34,489 nucleotides of DNA from a virus. Lineage: Duplodnaviria > Caudoviricetes. Below are positions 1 through 10,500 of this stretch, one piece after another. A model generated the notes under the pieces. It worked only from the letters and a program-made list of their open reading frames with translations. It made no database searches and was not told where the DNA came from. Numbering within the stretch: the first letter of the stretch is position 1; every line of letters starts with the position of its first letter. The position numbers and the translations under genes are program-made. Location: positions 1-34,489 of the IMG/VR virus record IMGVR_UViG_3300027627_000015; one strand, given 5' to 3'.

Positions 1-333
1 AGCCGAGCGACCTACGCTGCGTTGTTTGCAGTTACGTCCACGACTTTCGGTGTTGGTGACGGCTCTACCACATTCAATCTGCCTAATCTTAGAGGCGAGT
101 TTGTTCGAGGCTGGGACAATGGGCGCGGCGTTGATGCTAGTCGTGCGTTTGGTTCAGCGCAGGCGGACGAATTGAAAGCCCACACTCATTCAGTTTACGA
201 GCCTGTCCCGGGCTCTACTCAGGCATATGCAGGCGGTTACGCTGGTCAGATTCACGTTCAGGTGACTGGAAGCACTGGTGGCGTGGAAACCCGCCCACGC
301 AACATCGCTCTGCTTTACTGCATCAAGACTTAA
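1..333 (+). CDS. Tail fiber protein with phage tail-collar domain (5' truncated)
   Basis: Frame open from base 1: SRATYAALF...FGVGDGSTTFNLPNLRGEFVRGWD...ETRPRNIALLYCIK, the tail-collar signature. Confidence 0.92.
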   Translation, partial: SRATYAALFAVTSTTFGVGDGSTTFNLPNLRGEFVRGWDNGRGVDASRAFGSAQADELKAHTHSVYEPVPGSTQAYAGGYAGQIHVQVTGSTGGVETRPRNIALLYCIKT

Positions 334-334
334 T

Positions 335-2074
335 ATGCCCGCCCCACTGTTCAACGAGTTGCTCGACGACCCGCTCATGCTGGATGCGGCGACCGATTTC
401 CGTGGCGGGGCCAACAGTTCCGTCGCGGCGCACCTCCTGCTGCCGGGGGAGTACGCATGGAGCCAGAACTGCACCATAGACCCTAGCGGAGGACTGGCGA
501 CGCGCGGCGGGACTGAGCAAGTTACCGTAGCAGCTAACTGTACCCGGATACTCCCGGTGGCCATTACCAACGTCGGTGCGATGTATCTTTTCACCGGCGC
601 AGCAACCTCGCGGCACACAGGGCAAGTCAGTTCGGCGAACCCTGCGCCGACGCTCCTCCAAGCCGACTTCGCCAACCATACCTTGGTTGCGGGCGGTGGC
701 CGCGCCTACATTGTCAGTAATAACAACGTCCACGAATATGACGGAGTCTCGGCGTACCTCCTTCGGCGACTGGAAGTGACTTTAAGTTCCGGCGGCAGTG
801 GCTACGCAACCGCCCCCGCCGTGACCGTGACTCCCGCCGTGGGCAACGCCCCCGTCGAAGCTGCTGTGGTGGAGACGACGCTCGGCTCAGGAGCCAGTGC
901 GGGACAAGTCGTGGCCATCAATGTCATCAACCCCGGCCGAGGGTACGTAGGGACACCCACACTGGCAATTGCCGCCCCCGGCTCGGGCACTACAGCCACG
1001 GCGACGCCCACGCTGCGTGTGCCGCCCACGGGGGCGCTCGGAATATGGCACACGAACCGCCTGTTCATCGCGAACGAGGACACACTTTCTGTGTCAGATT
1101 TCTTCGACCCCGGTTGGTTCGCCGCCGGGAGCAGCCTGCGAGTGGGTGGCGACGGACATCCCATCACCGGACTCAAGAGCTGGGATAATTACAACCTCCT
1201 TGTGTTCAAGGCTCAGTCGGTCTGGCTCATCAACACCGACCCACAACTCACGGTGGCGAACTGGGGCGTGGAGAAGGTCAGCAGCACGTTGGGCTGCGCG
1301 GCCAACCGTACGGCGATACAGGTTGGCGCGGATGTCTGGTGGCTGTCCTCGGACGGCGTGGTGTCCCTCCGCCGAATGCTGCAAGAGACGCAGCGCGAGG
1401 TGTCCGTCGCCATCAGCCTCCCAATTCAATCTTACCTTTCCCGCGTCAACTGGTCTGCGGCCTCGTTGTCCTGCGCGGAGTTCTTTGACAACAAGGTATT
1501 CTTTGCGCTCCCCTTGGATGGTGCGACCGCACCGTCACACCTCTTTGTCTATGACACACGGCACCAGCGGTGGGTCGGAGAGTGGTTGGGGCTTCCTGTG
1601 CGAGATATGTCGGCGACTGTGCTCGACGGCCACTCCCAGCTCATCATGCTCCTCGCCAACGGAATCGTGGTGCGGCATCACCCGACTGAAGTAACGGACT
1701 TGGGTGCGGCCATTTTTACGACGATAGACCTCCGAGGGTTCAGCTTCAACGACCCGACGTTGCCGAAGACGCTGCTCGGCATCATCGCGGAGTTCAACGA
1801 AAGTACGTCCGACGCGGAGTTCTGGACGCGGGCGGATGAAGGTGTATTCGAGATGCGGCTCGCACTGGACGCCACCTCGCGCCCGATTCCGCTGCTCCCG
1901 GAGCCAGTGCCTTTCGTCCTCAATCTTCCGGGCACCCTGACGGTGGCCCGCACGTTCCCCGGCTTGGGGTCGTTCCACTACCTCCAAGTGCGTGTCCTAT
2001 CAAATGTGGGGCATCTGAGCGTTAGAGCCTTGAAGCTCACCGGGTTCGCCGATAACGTAGATTTGACTCGATGA
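335..2074 (+). CDS. Tail nozzle / packaged-DNA stabilisation protein (P22 gp10 / T7 gp12-like)
   Basis: ATG at 335 directly after the upstream stop; ~579 aa beta-rich protein (LLVFKAQSVWLI, TLGCAANRT, VWWLSSDGV, FVYDTRHQRW); located before the ejection genes. Confidence 0.72.
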   Translation: MPAPLFNELLDDPLMLDAATDFRGGANSSVAAHLLLPGEYAWSQNCTIDPSGGLATRGGTEQVTVAANCTRILPVAITNVGAMYLFTGAATSRHTGQVSSANPAPTLLQADFANHTLVAGGGRAYIVSNNNVHEYDGVSAYLLRRLEVTLSSGGSGYATAPAVTVTPAVGNAPVEAAVVETTLGSGASAGQVVAINVINPGRGYVGTPTLAIAAPGSGTTATATPTLRVPPTGALGIWHTNRLFIANEDTLSVSDFFDPGWFAAGSSLRVGGDGHPITGLKSWDNYNLLVFKAQSVWLINTDPQLTVANWGVEKVSSTLGCAANRTAIQVGADVWWLSSDGVVSLRRMLQETQREVSVAISLPIQSYLSRVNWSAASLSCAEFFDNKVFFALPLDGATAPSHLFVYDTRHQRWVGEWLGLPVRDMSATVLDGHSQLIMLLANGIVVRHHPTEVTDLGAAIFTTIDLRGFSFNDPTLPKTLLGIIAEFNESTSDAEFWTRADEGVFEMRLALDATSRPIPLLPEPVPFVLNLPGTLTVARTFPGLGSFHYLQVRVLSNVGHLSVRALKLTGFADNVDLTR

Positions 2075-2472
2075 ACCTTATGACCCTTGCTGCATTTGTG
2101 AAACGGAATTATCGCCCAGCCCGACGCTGGGACGGTGCCCGCATCCTACTGTGGCTGGAGTGGTTTCGAGAAGACCGACGCCTCGCCCATGTGACGGACG
2201 ACTGCGGTCGCCTCGTCGGCATCGCCTTGGCGCGGAAACTGCCGGACCTTGCGGAAGCGGGCGACTTCTACGCGCACGACGAGGCCGCCCCGCACGTCTT
2301 CGTGGACTTGGTCATCGCCAAGAAACCCGGTGTCCTCCGTGTCCTGTGGGCCGCGATGGTCCACCGGTTCGGTGCGCCGGTCCGCGTGGCGTGGAAGCGC
2401 CACAAATACGACATGACGTATGCGCATGACTTTTCCCTAGTCACTAAACACCTAACCCTAAGCGAGACGTAA
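2071..2472 (+). CDS. Hypothetical virion-assembly protein, possibly GNAT-like (T7 gp13 position)
   Basis: ATGA overlap with the upstream gene; 133 aa alpha/beta pattern (GRLVGIAL, VFVDLVIA); synteny between nozzle and ejection genes. Confidence 0.5.
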   Translation: MNLMTLAAFVKRNYRPARRWDGARILLWLEWFREDRRLAHVTDDCGRLVGIALARKLPDLAEAGDFYAHDEAAPHVFVDLVIAKKPGVLRVLWAAMVHRFGAPVRVAWKRHKYDMTYAHDFSLVTKHLTLSET

Positions 2473-2473
2473 T

Positions 2474-3550
2474 ATGGGCAGCGACGAACCACCTCCGCCA
2501 CCTCCCCCGGACTACGCAGCCGCTAACCGCGCGGGCATCCTGGCCGACGTCGAGACGCTGCCTGTTCGCCGCCAAATCGAACTGGCGGCCAAGCTCGGAC
2601 AGCGCGGTTCGTACACGCTGGATGGCAAGCAGTACTCCTACGATTTCACTAACCAAGGAGACGCGGAGTTTGCCAAGCAGCAGGCCGTCACCGCGCGCCA
2701 GACCGCGATGGATGGCGCACAGAACCTATTGGACATACAGGAGAAGTACGGCCAGCGATTCCTAGACACCTCCCGCGAACAGTTGAAGGCCAGCGACCCC
2801 ATTGGCTTCGCGCTCCGGGAAGACCTCGGGCGCCGTGTGTCCGGCCAGCTTGGTGCGGGTGGCTCTGTCACTGACAGCGAGCGGCGCGGGGTGTCCCAGA
2901 ATGTCCGGGCTGTCCAGACACGGCTCGGCAACACCAACGGTGTCGCCGCAGGTGTGCAAGAAGCGTTGTCTCAAACGGATTATCAACGCGGCATCGAACA
3001 GCAACGTCTCGGTAACGCCGGTGCGTTTCTGGCGGGCACCACCCCGCTCTCCCAGTTCGGCCAGTTGCAGTCGGCTGGTGTCGGTGCCGCGCCGTACATG
3101 GCGACCGGCGTCAACGCGATTGGGCAGAATGCCAATGCCGGTCAGATGGGTACGCAGTTTGCCGCCAACGTATACGGCACACAGGGCAGCATCTACTCGG
3201 CGCAGCTACAGGCGCAGGCATCGCAGGGCAACCCGTGGATGCAAGGCTTGGGTATCGTCGCAGGTGTCGCAGGCAGCCTTGGCTCGGCAGGCATCATGGC
3301 TGGCGGCATGGCGGCAGCCGGTGGAGCCGCGAAACCATGCCACGTCGCCCGCGAGGTGTACGGCATCGACGACCCGCGCTGGATGCTGTTCCGCGACTGG
3401 TTGCTCACTGAATCCCCGGGCTGGTTCCGCGCGGCGTACATCCGGTTCGGCGAGCGGGTCGCAACGATGATTCGTCCGTTCCCGCGTGTGAAATCACTCA
3501 TCCGCCGCTGGATGGACTCTAAGATTAACCGTGCCCCGCGCACAAACTAA
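2474..3550 (+). CDS. DNA ejection/pilot protein with C-terminal CFI-box-like domain
   Basis: N-terminal PPPPPPDY, Gly/Ala/Gln-rich body, Gly/Ala hydrophobic segment, then CHVAREVYG...W..FR.WL...WF...Y...GE tail. Confidence 0.7.
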   Translation: MGSDEPPPPPPPDYAAANRAGILADVETLPVRRQIELAAKLGQRGSYTLDGKQYSYDFTNQGDAEFAKQQAVTARQTAMDGAQNLLDIQEKYGQRFLDTSREQLKASDPIGFALREDLGRRVSGQLGAGGSVTDSERRGVSQNVRAVQTRLGNTNGVAAGVQEALSQTDYQRGIEQQRLGNAGAFLAGTTPLSQFGQLQSAGVGAAPYMATGVNAIGQNANAGQMGTQFAANVYGTQGSIYSAQLQAQASQGNPWMQGLGIVAGVAGSLGSAGIMAGGMAAAGGAAKPCHVAREVYGIDDPRWMLFRDWLLTESPGWFRAAYIRFGERVATMIRPFPRVKSLIRRWMDSKINRAPRTN

Positions 3551-3559
3551 GGAGGAACT

Positions 3560-4513
3560 ATGGCAGCAGGACGAGACTTACTAGACGGGTTCCGGGCAGG
3601 CATGGAAATGGGGCGACCCATTGTCGAAGCGCGGATGCAGCAGATGTCGGACACGCGCCGAGCCAAACAGTCCAAGGATGACATGGAGCTGCACGCGAAG
3701 CTCATGGAGAAGCAGCAGGCCCAAGCGCAAGCGCACGCCGAAAAGCTACAGACTAGCGCGCAGTTAAACGCCAATTCCATGCAAGACCGGAACCTAAGTT
3801 CCGCCGAGAATCAAAACGCGCTAGCCCGCCTCGCCGACGCCACAAACAACGAGGCGAACCGTGGTGTGGCTCGTGAAGGACAGAGGATAACTGGGGTTTA
3901 TCAGGACGGGCAGCTCAGACTCGGGCAGGGGCAGTTGGACGCCACGGTGGCTAACAATGTGAGGATGGGGAAGTACCAACAAGATGCGTTGAAACTAGAC
4001 CGGGACAGACTTACAAACTCGACGGTCGAGGGAGTTGGCATGGACATCGGTAACACCCTCAACCGCATGAGCAATCTCAAGGAGATGGCGGCGGACCCCA
4101 ACGCAGACCCTCGGACCCGGCGCGTGGCCTACGACCAATACATGGGATTGCAGACTGCTATGCAGTTCAGTGCGGCAAAAGTCCACATGAACATGAACGA
4201 CCCGAACATCACCCTTGGGGATTTCACCTCGGGTATACAGTCCCTATTCAGCCCTCAAACCACCCCACCTCCCATTCTCAAGCAGGAAGACGCGATGGGT
4301 CAGACCAATTTCGGCAGATACAACGGGTTAACGGGGAAGATAGACCAAATCCCCTTCGTGCGCACTCCCGATGCGGCCACTCCCCGTGTGCCCACTCCCG
4401 GAGTGACCGGCCCTCCTGCCGCCGTAACGCCCCCCGGTAACGCGGGCGGTTGGGGCACTAAATATAACTTCAATCCGCCGCCAAAAGGTGTGGTGCCGCT
4501 CGCACCGAGGTAG
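3560..4513 (+). CDS. Putative internal virion/ejection protein
   Basis: AAGGAGG SD just upstream; N-terminal LLDGFRAGMEMG, Gln/Ala helical body, Pro-rich tail; lies between the pilot and the giant ejection gene. Confidence 0.6.
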   Translation: MAAGRDLLDGFRAGMEMGRPIVEARMQQMSDTRRAKQSKDDMELHAKLMEKQQAQAQAHAEKLQTSAQLNANSMQDRNLSSAENQNALARLADATNNEANRGVAREGQRITGVYQDGQLRLGQGQLDATVANNVRMGKYQQDALKLDRDRLTNSTVEGVGMDIGNTLNRMSNLKEMAADPNADPRTRRVAYDQYMGLQTAMQFSAAKVHMNMNDPNITLGDFTSGIQSLFSPQTTPPPILKQEDAMGQTNFGRYNGLTGKIDQIPFVRTPDAATPRVPTPGVTGPPAAVTPPGNAGGWGTKYNFNPPPKGVVPLAPR

Positions 4514-4528
4514 TCCCACCATCTGTAT

Positions 4529-7500
4529 ATGGATAAGACGCTGCTCCCTAACCCGGTTATCACTGCGTGGGCAAAGGAACGGGACGAGCTGGACGCCAGC
4601 TCGCCCAAGGGAAGTCATTGGAACGACTTCACGCCCGACATCCAGAACTCGGTGCTGACCCAGTTTGCGCAGAAGTGGCGCGACTCGAATCCGAAGAACT
4701 TGCAAGTGGATGGCTGGGCGTCTGACTTCTTCAACCGTGCCCAGCGCAAAGCCACGGAGGCGACTCCGGTGGAGGCAGCGCCAGTGCCGCAACCGAACAA
4801 CGCCACATTCGCGGGAGCCTTTCCGCCCAACCAGAACGGCCTCTCCCCGCGTCGCGCTCCGGTGACGTTCGCGCCGCGCAACTATGTCCCGCCTGACTCA
4901 GATATGCCGACGCAGTTCGGCACTCACATGGGTGGGCAATATCTCCAGTCCATCGCTGAGAAGAACGACCGCATCGCGATGTCGGCGGGTTTGGTGACGG
5001 GTCAGCTTACAGGCGAAGACCTTCAGCGCACCCTTAATGACGAGTTTGAGAACCGGAAGCTCCACCCTGAGCGGTTCCAAGAGCAGCCGGGCATCCTCCC
5101 ACGCATCGCGGGCGAGCTGTCCTACACGATTCCGGCGATGGTCGGCATGACAGTGGCCGGTGGCGGCCCTGCGGGGTTGCTCACGGCAGGTGCCCTCGAG
5201 TCCATGAGCAGCAAATTGCTCAGTCTCAAAGACAACTACTACGCGCTCCTCGACAAAGGGCTGGACCCAGCCGAAGCGTGGCAGAAGGCTGGGACTATCA
5301 GCAACATCTCCGCCGCCATCATGGGTGTGGCGTCCGCTGTTCCCATCGGCCAGACGGTGATGGCCGTCGGCGGCGGTCAAGCGACCAAAGAGACTTTGAA
5401 AATCGCGCTGGGCCAGCAACTCGGCACCAAGGCTGCGGAGAAGGTGGCCGGGTTGGCAGTAGCGAAGGGCTTCGACAATGCGGGCGCTACTGTGCTCGGT
5501 GGCGCTGCGAAAGCCCTCGGCGGGCTGTCACAGACAGGTGTGGCGAAGGTCGGCATCCTCGCGAGCATCCAAGGGGCGGAGAACCTCCTAGCCGAAGGTG
5601 CGGACATCAGCCAAGAGCGCACCCAAGGTAGTGACACCAGCGCCTATCGCGGCACGGCGGGCGAGCGATTACTTTTCGCCGGTGCAACTGGCGTCGGTAT
5701 CGGTTTTGCCCACGCGGGAGGTGCCCGCATCCTCGACCTCCGCTCCGGCAAAGTGGCCGGTGAAGAGACGGCGGCCCGCATCAACGGCGTCTTCCAGATG
5801 CTTGATGCCAACCTGCGCGGCGGTAGCGCAGCCGTGGAACAACTGGCGAAGATTAACTACGGCGACGGCCCGGGTGGCAACGCGGCCAAGTTGACCACAC
5901 AAGCCGTGTGGGACGCGGCAACCTTGGGGCAGAGCGGCTTGAAGATGACGGTCGAACCCGGCGCGCATCCCACGCAACCCGGCGCGCTCGCACAGGCGAC
6001 CCGTGACACAGTTAACTTCTACGGTAGGCTCGTCCAAGCGGATGACACCGCTAAGGTGGCGACTGTCACGCACGAAGCGGCGCACCCTTACTTTGACCAG
6101 CTTCACCCTGACGTGCAGCGGGCGGCGTTCCAGCGGTTCCAGCGTGAGCTGGGGTCAGGAGAGAGCGCCTTGTTTACCCGAGTGGAAGAGGACGGCAAGG
6201 TGCGCCTGACCACCCGTGAAGGCGTGGACCCGCAAATACTCGAGTCGTGGCAGAAAGCACTCCGCGCCACTGACCCCGAGGAGAAGGCCAAGCACACCAA
6301 CACCGCATTCCGTGAATGGTTCGCGGAGCATCTGACGTTGTCCCAGCTCGACTTTGTCTCCGGCCGAGTGAGGGCGGCGCAGGACACCTCGTTCTTCGGG
6401 TCGCTGACACGGGACATCCGCACCCGCAGCGAGTTGGTGGGCCGTGCGTTGGGCGTGCAGAACGCGCTCCTCGCTGGGTACCGCAACGTGCTGGACGCGC
6501 CGCTGCGCACCGACTACAACCCCTCTCTCACCATCGTCCGCGAAGCGATGGGCTTGAAAGAGGCTCCGGCTCCGAAAGACGCGGCTGCGGCTCCCGCTCC
6601 GACCCCCAAGGTTGCTGACCCGGCCCCAGAATCCATTGTCGGCACGGCTCCGAAAGACGCGACACCGGCCGAGCAGGCAATCTTCCTTTCCCCAGAAGCC
6701 CTCGTTGAACGTGCGAAGGGGATGTCCGTGTTTTTCAAGCCCCCTGAGTCGGCGGTTGTCGCACCCGAGTCGAAGCCGGTGGTAACGCCCGAACCCGTGT
6801 CAGTGACAGAGCCGCCTGCGGCAAAGCCAACGGCTGCTCCCGCACCGAAGCCTGAGCCGACCTTGGAAGCCACGGTTGCTAAGAAAGTGTTGAAAGCCAA
6901 GCTCAAGGCACTGGCCCCCGAGCTTCCGCCGGTCGAAATTAAGCCGGAAATTAAACAAATTGAGGCGGAACCGTCGATTGCGACCAAAGAACCTGTGGCC
7001 CAAGATGACATCGCTTCGCCGATGCCGGACGCGAAGTTCGCACCGAAGCCTGAGCCGATGTCCGGCGAGAAGTTCAAGTCCTCCCCCGAAGACCTTGGCT
7101 ACAACTACGGAGGGAAAGCCGACGCCCCGATTACCCGTGTCGGCGACCGTGTGTCATTCATACGGACGGAGACAGTGCTCAAAGACGGCAAGACCATCCA
7201 ATCCCCCCGTGGCCGTGTGGGCGGCGAGGTGGTGGGGTTCAGCCGGAACGGGCGAGTCATCGTCCAGATGCGGCAAGCGGGTACGGCGACGACGACGCAG
7301 CAACATTTCTCGGGCGCATCAAAGTTGCGGCTGGAAGCGGCTTTGCCGACGGCCGTCCCGACGGCAGCGCCGAAGAGCAAGGCCACCCGTGTCGCCGAGA
7401 CGCTGCTGGAGCGGGGCGAGGCCATCACCAACACCGAGCTGTGGCGGCTGCGCGATGCGATTGACGCTGAAATCGCTCCCCAGCGCGAGGCGAGGCGCAA

Positions 7501-10500
7501 GCTCATCGAATTTGAAGAAGGCGACCTGTCCAAACGTGGCGATGACCCGCTCGCGCCCAACCGCAGCCTGTGGCTGGCCCCCGATGGTGGCACCTATGAC
7601 GCGGAGTTCCACGGCGCGACCCCGGATGGTTCGAGTTACAGCCACGGGTTGTTCATCAAGCAGTGGGTGCGGGACCGACTTAGCCCTCGCCGTGCGGGCA
7701 AGTTCCCCGAGGCCGAAGTGGACAGTGCGCGGCGGATGAAGGCGCGGGTGGACGAGATGTTGGCGGCGGACCCGGCGCTGCGCGGTGACGCGGATGAGGA
7801 CGGCCAGTACAGCATCTTCTCCGCCGACCAAACGTGGAACCAAGCCGCGCAAGAGCGTGGCTGGGTGCGCATCAAACCGATGCCGGTCCCGACCAACCGT
7901 GCGACCATCTTCGCCGAGAGTGCTGGCGATATGTCCGCCGCGCAACGGGCCGCGCTACAACTGGCCACCGACAAGGGGATGGAGGTGCGGTACATCCGTG
8001 GCGGTGCGTTGGCCAATCGTGCGGCGTTCTCGGAGTACCGGGCGTTCGTAGACAGGGTCGGGCAGGAGGAAGGGTATCTGACGCGCCGTGGCGACCTCGT
8101 GGATGAGACGACCGTTGGGCCGAGAGGCGCGCTCTTCGTGTCGCCGAACATCCGAGAGGGCTTAAATTTCAACGACGCCGTGACCGCGCTACGCGGTGAG
8201 CGACACGCTCAAGTGCGGGCCTTCGCCGAGAAAGTGGATAAGTGGTTGCCACCCTCCGAACGCCACGATGCCATCGGCGACTGGAAGGACGGGGCGGAGA
8301 ACTCAACCGTGACCATGTACGGCCCGGATGTCCCGTACAAAGATGTGCGAGTGGCGGGAGCTTTGCTCGGCGACCACGCGCGCCAAAAGTCCGTGCTGAC
8401 GTTTCGTTCCGACCCGTTCCGAGCCAACTCGGCCCTTTACGACTTCATCCTGCCCGGCACGTTTGAAGACGCGCGGGTCATCCTGACGAGACACGGCTTT
8501 GAGCATCGAACGCTGGTTGACCACAAAGACGGTGTGCGCGTAATGTTGTTCGACAACGAGGCATCATTGGTGGATAACGTCCGAAACCTTTCTTATGAAA
8601 ATGACATCAAAATCACAAGGGTCCGTGGGTACGGCGAGTTCTTCGGAAGCAAAATCGACTCCCGCGAAGACGCCGCGAAAGTTTTCCGAGATGTCGCCGG
8701 AAGAGCAGGAGGCGGTGTTCAGCGACCCTTGCTTCGTGGACGGGACGGCCAAGGGGATGCAGTATATTTTGCCCAGCTCCGGGCAGAAGCCGAGCGCGGA
8801 GCCGTAGCCGACCTTTCCACGCGCGGCTCGCGGCGGTTCCCCGAGCGCGCCGCCGAGGGCGACCCAGACTTGAAGGACATCCGAGACAATCGTCCTGACA
8901 TAGCGGGGTACGAGACGCAGGTCATCGCCACCGGTAAGGCGGAGGCGAACATGAAGACGGACGCCGAGTTGGTCACGTCGGCCGACCGCCTCACGGACAT
9001 GGTGCAGACCGACACCGCGAAGAACTTCCTCGTATTAGACGGGTTGGAGCTGATGCAGCGAGCCTTAGCCAAAGGCGACCGCATCACCGCTGAAGGTGCG
9101 TTCGACACGATTTCAAAGGCGGGCACGACCTTCGGTCAGTTGCTTCGTCAATTCGCTGAGTTGAAAGCGACCCCCGCCCACGTCGCCGCTGTGGTGGAGA
9201 TTGGCCTCGGCAAGAAGGGGTTGATGTTGCAGCCGCACCAGAAAGCGGACCTCAAAGCCAAGCTCGACGCAGCAGACACCGCAACTGCGGCGCACTCCGC
9301 TGCGGTTGATGCCGCCTTGCTGAACCCGTCCGACGCCACATACAAGGTGGCTGAAGCGGCAGAGTCTGTCGCCCGCCGTGCCAAGCTCAATTGGGTCAGG
9401 GACTTAGAAGTGCTGCTGCCGCGCGAGAGCCTGTCGCAAGACTTCTTGTCGGTAATTCAAGGCAACTTGCTCACGCCGAAGTCGGAGCTGCGAAACTTCC
9501 TGAGCAATTACTCACGCGGAGTCATTGACCTCCCCGCGCGGACCGTCGGTGCTATGGGAGACGCTGTCTGGTCGGCCATCACCGGCACCCCTCGGACGGT
9601 GAAGATGCCGACGTTGACCGAAGGACAGTGGGTCGCTGCTGCCTCGATGCGCGCTGTCCCCGACGCGGTAGACACGCTGCTGCGTGGCCCCGGCGGCTCG
9701 GACATTCTCGGGGAGCGCATACGTGGGTTCCACCCTGTGGGTGCTTTAATCAAAGCGTTAAACGGCGACCTGCCAGTGGACATGGGCACTGGCCGTGTCC
9801 CACTGAAGCTTCGCACCGCGAAACTGGCCGAGGCGTTCTTCGGCGCGACCCCTGAGCCGATGCTCCGTGGTCTTGCGGCGTTCGACAACATCGCCAAAGC
9901 CGGTCTGCGCGCCTCCCGGATGGCGCAAGAGGTTGACCTCCGTAGCGCGGCCGAAGGCACGCGGGAATACGCGGAAGCGAAATTGATGGCGACCCGTCAA
10001 CTGAGGGCGACCGCCGAAGAGGCAGCCTTGGAAGGTACGTTCCAAAACGCCAGTGCCCCTGCGATGGCGGCCTCGGCCGTCGAAGGTATCATCCGCCGAA
10101 CCGCAGGAGAACCGGGCGTCACCGCGTTCCGCCTAATGACGAGTGTGTATCAGCGCACGCCGCTCAACGTCTTGGCGACCACGCTACCTTACCTCGTCCC
10201 ACCACTGGCGGGTGCCCAGATGGTGTACCACGCTCGGACCGGCAACCGGCGAGAAGCGGGCATTGACTTCGGTAAGTTCTGGGTCGGCACGACCATCGCC
10301 GCCATCTCTGACCTACTCCTCCGGGACGACCTCATCTCCGGTGGACCTGAGTCCGAGGAGAACCTACGCCGTCTCCGAAGCTCGGAAGACATGGGTTACT
10401 ACCGGGTCAATCTCACGGGCTTGCAGCGCAAGCTCGACGGTGGCGACGGCAAGTACCAGACTGGCGACACCTCGGTGCGCTTGGACCTCCTCGGTGTCCC

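Noticed and set aside
6567-7058. Exact 17-20 bp repeats (6567/6645 and 6841/7039) as a DGR or recombination cassette
   Set aside because: In-frame repeats encoding APKDA and APKPEP in a Pro/Ala linker; no reverse transcriptase or adenine-specific variation.
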